The translations under genes and the position numbers were made by a program. A model generated the notes under the pieces. That model worked only from the letters and a program-made list of their open reading frames with translations, did not search any database and was not told the origin of the DNA. Below are positions 1 to 6,463 of a DNA stretch of 32,000 nt, piece after piece. Each line of letters opens with the position of its first letter. Position 1 is the first letter of the stretch. This stretch comes from Candidatus Electronema halotolerans (lineage in GTDB: Bacteria > Desulfobacterota > Desulfobulbia > Desulfobulbales > Desulfobulbaceae): NCBI GenBank assembly GCA_942493095.1, contig OW818675.1:1470001-1502000 (forward strand). Direction: 5' to 3'.

Positions 1-555
1 GTGGCCGTGGTCTCGCTCCAGCCCAATTCAGTCGAGGAAATGTTCCGCTACTGGGAGGCGCTCGGCACCTTGAGCGGCCACGAGCCAGAGGCCAAGGAGA
101 TGATTGCCCGATTCGGCGCAGGCTTGGCTGCGATTGCCCGTCAAGTCGGGCAGGTGCCGGAAAGCCAGCGAAAAAAGGTCTATTTTGAGTCCATCCACAG
201 CCGGATGAAGACCTTTGCCACAACCTCAATGGCCATCTTTGTCTTGCAGTCCGCAGGCGGGATCAACATTGCCAATGATGCTGTGCAGGTGCGCTCCACC
301 AACATCGCCGAATACGGCAAGGAGCGCATTCTGGCCAAGGCTGATCAGATTGATGTCTTTCTTGCCCAGAAAGGACGGATGAATCCGGTGACACAAGAGA
401 TGATCATGAAGGAACCGGGCTTTCAGGTGATTAAGGCTGTGCGGCAGGGCCAAGTCTTTCTGGTGGATGAAAAAAAGGTTTCCCGGCCAACTATGGATTT
501 GCTGGAGGGCATTCAAGAAATTTTCGCCATCCTGCATCCAGAAGCCGGAGCCTGA
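1..555 (+). CDS. Periplasmic metal/siderophore-type ABC transporter substrate-binding protein, C-terminal part (truncated by window start)
   Basis: Open from base 1 to stop at 555; 'YFESIHSRMKTFATTSMAIFVLQSAGGINIANDA...GQVFLVDEKKVSRP' resembles the C-terminal lobe of TroA/BtuF-like binding proteins. Confidence 0.75.
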   Translation: MAVVSLQPNSVEEMFRYWEALGTLSGHEPEAKEMIARFGAGLAAIARQVGQVPESQRKKVYFESIHSRMKTFATTSMAIFVLQSAGGINIANDAVQVRSTNIAEYGKERILAKADQIDVFLAQKGRMNPVTQEMIMKEPGFQVIKAVRQGQVFLVDEKKVSRPTMDLLEGIQEIFAILHPEAGA

Positions 556-654
556 TTTGTCTGCATTTCAGCGGCAAAATAGGGTACAATGCCTGCACAA
601 ACCCGGACGGAACGCGCTTCCGTCTTTTCCGGCCTTTGACCCGCACGCTTGGCG

Positions 655-2130
655 ATGAAATTTCACCTGCCCAATTTCACCAAAAAAAAGAAGCCTGACC
701 AGACGCAAGATGACTTCAGCACCCAGCAGCCCTTTGCCTTAGTCAAATATTTCTCCTTCACTTCCTTGGGCGTGTTCCTGCTCGCCACCCTGATCTTAGT
801 TTTGAGCTTTTCCGGCAATGCCCGCCGGACCATGCTGGAGCGCAGTGAAATCTACTCGCGCATGTTTGCCGAGAGCCTGAACCGGCAGGTCTTTTATCTC
901 TTTGTCCTGCCGACTTTTGTCCGCTACGGACGCATCGCCCTTTCTGATCCGATCCAGTTTGAGCAGCTGGACCTGATTGTCAGCGACATCATTCGCGGCA
1001 TGAAGATCAAGTCCGTGTCCATTTTTGACTCCAAGGAAAATATTGTTTCCTATTCGACCAAAGCCGAGCTGGTCGGGAAAAAAAACATTGGCGGGCTTGA
1101 GTACCAAGAGGCTCTGCGAGGCGAGAATTCCTCAGTGCTGATCGCCACCGGCTCCATGTTCAGCTTTCTGCCCGGCGCGCAGAGCGTGTCCTGCACCCTC
1201 AAGACCTATGTGCCTTTCCGGCAGGACAGCAGAAACGGCGGTTTGGGAGACATCATGGGCGTAGTTGAAGTGGAGCAGGATCTGTCCGGCGACATGGAGG
1301 CCCTGTTCTCGCTTCAGTTCAAAATCATTCTCCTCGCCCTGCTGGTGATGAGCATTCTCTTCTCCGTGCTCATCGCCCTTGTCATCCGGGCGGACCGGAT
1401 CATGGAAAAGAGAGCGCAGGAGCGGCGCGAATTGGAGCGGCAGCTACAAGAGTCCAAGCGGCTGGCCGCGCTCGGCAAGATGATCGCCTCTGTTTCGCAC
1501 GAGATCAAAAACCCCTTGGGCATTGTCCGTTCCACAGCGGAAATTATTGTCCGGCGGATCAGCAAGGTTGCGCCTGGCAACGAGCATTTGGCAGGAATTA
1601 TTGTTGAGGAAACCAGCCGTTTGGACAGAATTGTCCGGGAATTTCTTGATTTTGCCCGGCCCAAGGAACCAACGCTGGCCCACGGTTCGCTGAACGGGCT
1701 GATTGAGCGGCTTCTCACCTTTATGGAGCCAGATTTGCAGGCGAAAAATATCCTGCTCACCCTGCGCTTGGATGAAGATTTGCCGGAAGCGCTGATGGAC
1801 GGCGAGCAAATTTATCAAGTGCTGCTCAATATTGTCTTCAATGCGGTTCATGCCATGAGCGAAAACGGCGGCACCTTGACCATCCGCACTGCCGCGCTGC
1901 CGGAGGGCGGCGTTTCCGTGGCGATTGGCGATACTGGCTGCGGCATGGCGGAAGAAAAGCTGACTCAAATTTTCACCCCTTTTTACACGGATAAAAACCG
2001 GGGCACTGGTCTGGGATTGGCGATCACCAAGAATATTATTGACAAGCACGGCGGCAGCATTGCCGTGCAAAGCAAGGAAGGCGCAGGCACCACATTCACA
2101 GTCTCTCTGGGCGGCGGGAGCGCGGCCTGA
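655..2130 (+). CDS. Membrane sensor histidine kinase
   Basis: Two TM segments, H-box 'ASVSHEIKNPLGIVRSTAEI', N-box 'QVLLNIVFNAVHAM', G boxes 'VAIGDTGCGM' and 'GTGLGLAITKNII'. ATG at 655 (TTG at 649 also in frame). Confidence 0.93.
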   Translation: MKFHLPNFTKKKKPDQTQDDFSTQQPFALVKYFSFTSLGVFLLATLILVLSFSGNARRTMLERSEIYSRMFAESLNRQVFYLFVLPTFVRYGRIALSDPIQFEQLDLIVSDIIRGMKIKSVSIFDSKENIVSYSTKAELVGKKNIGGLEYQEALRGENSSVLIATGSMFSFLPGAQSVSCTLKTYVPFRQDSRNGGLGDIMGVVEVEQDLSGDMEALFSLQFKIILLALLVMSILFSVLIALVIRADRIMEKRAQERRELERQLQESKRLAALGKMIASVSHEIKNPLGIVRSTAEIIVRRISKVAPGNEHLAGIIVEETSRLDRIVREFLDFARPKEPTLAHGSLNGLIERLLTFMEPDLQAKNILLTLRLDEDLPEALMDGEQIYQVLLNIVFNAVHAMSENGGTLTIRTAALPEGGVSVAIGDTGCGMAEEKLTQIFTPFYTDKNRGTGLGLAITKNIIDKHGGSIAVQSKEGAGTTFTVSLGGGSAA

Positions 2131-2132
2131 GT

Positions 2133-2513
2133 TCAGGCGGGCAGGTGCCGGGCCACGGTTTCCAGCACAATGTCGGCGGCAAAGGGCTTGAGGATGAAAT
2201 CGACCGCGCCGAGCTGTAGGCCCTGCCGCCGGTCCTCGGCATCCTCCTTGCCGGAGACGAAGATGACCGGAATATGAGCGGTGGCCGGGTCCGCCTTCAG
2301 TTCCTTGCAGACTGCAAAGCCGTCCATGCCCTCCATCATCACATCAAGCAGGACAATATCCACTGCCGCCGGGTCCTGCCGGACAATTTTCAGAGCAATT
2401 TCCCCCTTTGGCGCGGCCTTGACCGTGTAGCTCTTCTGCAGGATCATGTTGAGCAGCATGAGGTAGCTGGGCGTGTCGTCAACCGCCAGCACGCATTTTT
2501 TCCTTTGTTCCAT
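2133..2513 (-). CDS. Single-domain response regulator (CheY-like receiver)
   Basis: 'VLAVDDTPSYLMLLNMIL', phospho-acceptor 'VDIVLLDVMMEGMDG', 'VIFVSGK', 'GAVDFILKPF'. Confidence 0.93.
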   Translation of the reverse strand: MEQRKKCVLAVDDTPSYLMLLNMILQKSYTVKAAPKGEIALKIVRQDPAAVDIVLLDVMMEGMDGFAVCKELKADPATAHIPVIFVSGKEDAEDRRQGLQLGAVDFILKPFAADIVLETVARHLPA

Positions 2514-2871
2514 TGTTCATCGTGTTATTTTGATTTGACGTGCGTTCAGCCGCCCGTGTGATCCGCTCTCTGAGGATGCGGACAATCTCGACTGTGCCTT
2601 GAAAATGCTCACCTTCCTCAAGCATGACCTGCTCATAAAACTTGCAGGCATAGCAGCTGCTGATAGTGCGGGCAAAAAGGCCCTGCACCTTTTCCGTCGG
2701 GCCGGACATGGTGCCGGTCAAGGCCCAGCAGGCCCGTCCGCCGTTGCTGCCGCTGTTGATGCCGTTGACTGCAGTCAGGGTGGAAGCCGGACACAGGCCG
2801 TGTTTTTTCACATTGACACCGCCGGGCTGCCGTCCGCAGCCCCTGAATTCCCAGCAATTTTTCTTTGTCAT
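2479..2871 (-). CDS. Small Cys-rich protein, two-CW-domain-like
   Basis: 'CWEFRGCGRQPGG......GLCPAS' and 'GRACWALTGTMSG...CYACKFYEQVMLEEG'; ATGA overlap with the upstream roadblock gene and 35-nt overlap with the response regulator ORF. Confidence 0.75.
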   Translation of the reverse strand: MTKKNCWEFRGCGRQPGGVNVKKHGLCPASTLTAVNGINSGSNGGRACWALTGTMSGPTEKVQGLFARTISSCYACKFYEQVMLEEGEHFQGTVEIVRILRERITRAAERTSNQNNTMNNGTKEKMRAGG

Positions 2872-3443
2872 TCGCCGAGCCTCTGTTCAGGCTGAATCAG
2901 CAGACCGTCAAACATTTCGTCAATCTGTTTGTCATCCAAGAAATCAGCAACATGCTTGAGCTGCTCCTGCCGCTGCGCTGCTGTCTGCATATTATTCTTT
3001 TTCTGAGACGGCGCAGGCGCTGCTGTTTTCTTTTTCTTCTCTGCTGTCTCCTGCAGCCGGAAATCTTCCGCCAATGACTCAATCACCCGGTTGATCTCCA
3101 GCCGGGCAATGCCGAAACTGTCCGGGTTGTCCACCAGCAGGACTAAATGAATATGCGATTTTCCCGGCTCGGCCCGGAGCGGATTTCTGCCCTCATTGAG
3201 GCAGCGGAGCAGAATCAGCGCCTTGTCTGTATGCACACAGGTGAGCGCACAGTTGCCAAAACCCATGTCAAGCGCTGTTTTCTGGGCATTGACCAGCATG
3301 TTGTTGGCCAAAGTGGCAATCAGTTTAAGATCAATGTCAAACGGCTCGCATTTGGCCAGCAGACGGCCTTCCGCCGAGAAAAGGGCGGTTCCCAGAAAAC
3401 CATCTATTTCCGCTAACTGAGACAGTTTCTTCTGCACATCCAT
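2868..3443 (-). CDS. Roadblock/LC7-like domain protein with charged C-terminal extension
   Basis: N-terminal ~115 aa 'LAEIDGFLGTALFSAEGRLLAKC...LATLANNMLVNAQKTALDMG' resembles roadblock/LC7; SD 'AGGAG' upstream of ATG at 3443. Confidence 0.65.
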   Translation of the reverse strand: MDVQKKLSQLAEIDGFLGTALFSAEGRLLAKCEPFDIDLKLIATLANNMLVNAQKTALDMGFGNCALTCVHTDKALILLRCLNEGRNPLRAEPGKSHIHLVLLVDNPDSFGIARLEINRVIESLAEDFRLQETAEKKKKTAAPAPSQKKNNMQTAAQRQEQLKHVADFLDDKQIDEMFDGLLIQPEQRLGE

Positions 3444-3661
3444 ACGATGCTCCTTGGCTTGTTTTCCGGCGGCGGAAATGAAAAAAGGGGCTTCCTCTGC
3501 TTTTTCTTATAACAGAAAAAAGAAGGCAAGCAAAGGCGGATATGCGGGACAAACGCTCTGGCGCGGTGCGATCAATCACAGAGTGCCAGTGCTTTAATTA
3601 TGTTCGCGTCGCCAGATGACGAAGACCATAGCCCACTTTGGCATGTTTTCCGGCAGACTGA

Positions 3662-3793
3662 CCTGCGCCTGCACACTATTGGCTTATTGAGCTGGGAGAT
3701 GTTCAGCTTAAACCTGAAGCACCCATGTCGCCAAAAGAATGGCTTAGGGATTTCATTGCAGCCAGTTTTGAGGAAGTATTTAGTAATATTTGA
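3662..3793 (+). pseudogene. Possible C-terminal remnant of a decayed coding sequence
   Basis: Frame reads 'PAPAHYWLIELGDVQLKPEAPMSPKEWLRDFIAASFEEVFSNI*', protein-like, but has no start and a stop directly upstream; the overlapping +1-frame ORF from 3600 ('MFASPDDEDHSPLWHVFRQTDLRL...') may be the frameshifted N-terminal part. Confidence 0.35.
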
Positions 3794-3913
3794 GGAATTC
3801 TGCGCAGGCAAGATAGTGATTGATGAGAAGGGCTAACCAATGGGTATAGCCGCTACTGCGACTGAACAGTAGCATCACATAGCAATATAGCTCTGCTTGT
3901 GTGCAACGAGAAA

Positions 3914-3941
3914 GCCGGGCCACAACACCTCGTGACCCGGC
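3914..3941 (-). terminator. Putative intrinsic terminator of the HU/IHF-like gene
   Basis: Minus strand GCCGGGTCAC-gaggtgtt-GTGGCCCGGC (10-bp stem with one G:U) followed by TTTCTC, 17 nt past the stop codon at 3958. Confidence 0.65.
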
Positions 3942-3957
3942 CATCCAGCATCCTCCC

Positions 3958-5031
3958 TCACCCCATCTGCAAATCCAGCACATCCACCAGCCTGCCGTCG
4001 TAGTCATTGACGACCAGCGTCTTCAAGGCGGGGTAGTTGTCCACGCGAATGCTCAGGCTGCTCACTGTTGAGCCGCTGAAGCCGGGCAGGACAAATTCTC
4101 CGTTCCCGGTTGCCGGGACAATCATTCCTGCCGCGCCGCCGTCCTGCATATCGATCAGCTTGAAGGCCAGAATATCATCCTGCACGTTGTGCTCGACCTG
4201 CACCCGCAGCCGCGCATCCGCCGTTAGTTCGCCTGCAATGACAACCACATAAGGCGCAGCCGCGCTGCCGGTGAGAATGCCGGTCTCCGGCGGATTGGGA
4301 TGACCGAGTTGCGCCACGGTCAGAGGGCTGCGCAGTCTGCCGCCGTAGGTGCCGGTGCGCACCGACCCGTGTTCGGTGTACTGCGTGGTGATGGCTGCCA
4401 TGTATTCGTTGTTCCACGGGTGGGCCTGCGCCGGAATGTGCGGCACCAGCAGGATTTGGCTGTCGCTGACGCTGGCAAACTGGGTCTGCACCGCGCTGCC
4501 GCTCTCAGTTCCGGCCAGCACGCAGCGGCAGTCCGGCGACTGCCAGTCAAAGGCGAGATTGCTGCCGCTCAGGCGCAGCACACCGTCCGGGTTGAGGACA
4601 TTGCTCAGGCCGGTGGCAGTGTCCGCAGCCGCCAAGATCGCGGGCATCTTTTCTGTCCACGGCTCGCGCACCAAGGTCGCCTCAGCCTGAAAATCCTTGA
4701 CATACGGCTGTGAAGCCGAGATGTTCAGGCCGAGAAGCTGCTCCATAGGCGGCAGCGGCGCGTCCGGCGCATCCAAGCGGGCGTGAAAGGCGGGCCGGAA
4801 GGTCATGGCATCCTCCAAGGTGACTTGCAGGCCCTCCAGCAGCATGGCCTGTATCTCCTCCATTGCCGAGCGCAGATGGTTCTTGATCTGCTCCGCCGAG
4901 GAGCCGGGATTCTTCAGGGCGACACGGGCCGCCACCTCGTCGTAGCCGCCTGTGCCCTGCGGGACAAAGCGGAGCCGGTAGGAGGCGGGTTTGGTCAGGG
5001 GATTCCGCTCGATGCGATAGTGAACAGCCAT
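3958..5031 (-). CDS. HU/IHF-like (HU-HIG / DUF4469-type) DNA-binding-domain protein with long C-terminal region
   Basis: 'MAVHYRIERNPLTKPASYRLRFVPQGTGGYDEVAARVALKNPGSSAEQIKNHLRSAMEEIQAMLLEGLQVTLEDAMTFRPAF' matches the pattern of HU-like proteins with extensions; ATG at 5031 preceded by GGGAGGACATCATC. The ORF track extends to 5349 but that part is repeat sequence. Confidence 0.75.
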   Translation of the reverse strand: MAVHYRIERNPLTKPASYRLRFVPQGTGGYDEVAARVALKNPGSSAEQIKNHLRSAMEEIQAMLLEGLQVTLEDAMTFRPAFHARLDAPDAPLPPMEQLLGLNISASQPYVKDFQAEATLVREPWTEKMPAILAAADTATGLSNVLNPDGVLRLSGSNLAFDWQSPDCRCVLAGTESGSAVQTQFASVSDSQILLVPHIPAQAHPWNNEYMAAITTQYTEHGSVRTGTYGGRLRSPLTVAQLGHPNPPETGILTGSAAAPYVVVIAGELTADARLRVQVEHNVQDDILAFKLIDMQDGGAAGMIVPATGNGEFVLPGFSGSTVSSLSIRVDNYPALKTLVVNDYDGRLVDVLDLQMG

Positions 5032-5140
5032 GATGATGTCCTCCCTTGGGGATTTAAGATGCTGATGCAACCGGACAATGCGTTGATTTCCCAAAATACG
5101 GAGCAGCGGGCTTGCTGTCAAGACAAATATGGGCAAAGTC

Positions 5141-5301
5141 CATGCATGCATGGAGTGATTTTCGATGCTGGCATGGAGGATCACTCCAACGTAGCATGGA
5201 GAGGTGCTCCATGCTTGCTTTGAGATTTCCTTCATGCATGCATGGAGAAAAAGTCCAACGCAGCATGGAGATTTATTCCATGCTGGCATGGAGTGGAAGC
5301 C
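5141..5301. repeat. 23-bp tandem repeat array, 7 units (15-nt core CAtGCtgGCATGGAG plus 8 nt ending mostly in TC)
   Basis: Units start at 5141, 5164, 5187, 5210, 5233, 5256, 5279: catgcatgcatggag-tgattttc / gatgctggcatggag-gatcactc / caacgtagcatggag-aggtgctc / catgcttgctttgag-atttcctt / catgcatgcatggag-aaaaagtc / caacgcagcatggag-atttattc / catgctggcatggag-tggaagcc. Confidence 0.9.
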
Positions 5302-5467
5302 CGGCCTTGATGGGCGTATAGGCGGGGTGCTGCTGCGGGAGATTTTCATAGTTGACGTGGGGGAATATGTGCTGTAAATACTGGATGGATTGCAGAGGAG
5401 CAGTGAAAAGAACGATTGGCAAACAGACTGTCATAAGTCTTTTAAGTTTTATGAATAGGAGATATTT

Positions 5468-5782
5468 ATGGACGAGCAACTGCTTCAGGAAAGAGCAAAA
5501 GAATTGATCGACATTAAAAGGCAGATCAAAAAGCTGCTTATTAAAGAAAAAGAGATGAAAGGCGAGCTGTTGCCGTTAATCAAAGAATATGGGGCCGTTA
5601 ATTTTGATTATGGCAGAGTTTATTACGTAGCATCGAAGGGAGCTGAGACCTTTAGCAGAAAGGTTGTTCTTCAGTATCTAAAAGAAGCCTATGGAGAGGC
5701 TTTAGCTGATCAAGTAGACAGGGATTGCACGAAGCATAATGAGTCAAAAGAGATATTGTACATAACGGTAAATGATTTGTAA
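5468..5782 (+). CDS. Small hypothetical protein with coiled-coil-like N-terminus
   Basis: 104 aa; ATG preceded by 'AGGAGATATTT'; 'MDEQLLQERAKELIDIKRQIKKLLIKEKEMKGELLPLIKEYGAVNFDYGRVYYV...'. Confidence 0.65.
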   Translation: MDEQLLQERAKELIDIKRQIKKLLIKEKEMKGELLPLIKEYGAVNFDYGRVYYVASKGAETFSRKVVLQYLKEAYGEALADQVDRDCTKHNESKEILYITVNDL

Positions 5783-5802
5783 CCACTTATGTAGTCGTGC
5801 AG

Positions 5803-5940
5803 TCAGGCAGGGCATATCCCACACGCCGCTTGAACCGACAACTCCTGCGCAATCTCCGCAATAAGCTGCTGCAAGTGCGGTTCGGCCTGCTGCGCCGCCG
5901 CAACGATGTCCTTCAGCAAAATCGGGGCAAGACCCGTAAG
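5803..5940 (-). pseudogene. Possible C-terminal remnant of a decayed gene
   Basis: Minus-strand frame reads 'LTGLAPILLKDIVAAAQQAEPHLQQLIAEIAQELSVQAACGICPA*', helix-like and protein-like, no start codon, stop directly upstream. Confidence 0.35.
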
Positions 5941-5979
5941 TCACGCTGAGGAACGCCCCGCACTCTGCAACCTTCTCTC

Positions 5980-6025
5980 CATGCTGCCATTGAGGAACAC
6001 TCCAACGCAGCATGGAGCAGAGGCT
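5980..6025. repeat. Second locus of the 23-bp repeat family (2 degenerate units; 10-bp inverted repeat)
   Basis: catgctgccattgaggaacactc / caacgcagcatggagcagaggct, same orientation as the 5141-5301 array; CTCCATGCTG (from 5977) pairs with CAGCATGGAG (to 6017). Confidence 0.75.
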
Positions 6026-6060
6026 CTTCCCTGATGTGTATATATTATCCTTTGGTAATT

Positions 6061-6363
6061 ATGAACATCTTAAAAGGAACGGGAGTGCTTGTGCTGATGG
6101 TTGCATCCTTCCTCGCGGGCATACTATGGAGCAAACACCACCTGTTAGAATCAGGCCCCATGCTCTTGACCTCGTCTCTCACCTTGGCATCAGCGTCAAA
6201 CGGCAAAGGCACGCTCCCAGAGGGCACAATTCTGTATCCATATTCCAAGCACGACACGAATACCTATGTTGTTTTTGTCAACACCAAGAACCTTGATTTG
6301 CTGAAGCCAATATCCTTTGAACAGTATTTAACCGTAGCACCGATCACTGGTTATCGGGAGTAA
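6061..6363 (+). CDS. Small protein with N-terminal TM segment/signal anchor, hypothetical
   Basis: 'MNILKGTGVLVLMVASFLAGILWSKHHLLESGPML...' 100 aa, stop at 6363; no strong ribosome-binding site seen. Confidence 0.45.
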   Translation: MNILKGTGVLVLMVASFLAGILWSKHHLLESGPMLLTSSLTLASASNGKGTLPEGTILYPYSKHDTNTYVVFVNTKNLDLLKPISFEQYLTVAPITGYRE

Positions 6364-6463
6364 CAGTCAAGCAGAGCGCATTGCTGCTCGAACACAACCA
6401 ACGTGTGGACTATGGCAGCAGGCTCCTGCATGCAGAACAAGCACCATGCCCTTGCCTTGGTGC

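Noticed and set aside
3600-3836. Transposase remnant
   Set aside because: Looked for IS-type motifs in all frames of this gap and found none; retained only as an unassigned possible gene remnant.
5141-5301. CRISPR array
   Set aside because: Repeat core only 15 nt with 8-nt intervals (23-bp period), degenerate cores and no cas genes in the window; incompatible with known CRISPR geometry.
5744-6013. 89-aa minus-strand ORF starting 'MLRWSVPQWQHGEK'
   Set aside because: The start lies inside the 23-bp repeat unit; the protein-like signal in this region is in a different frame (5803-5940).
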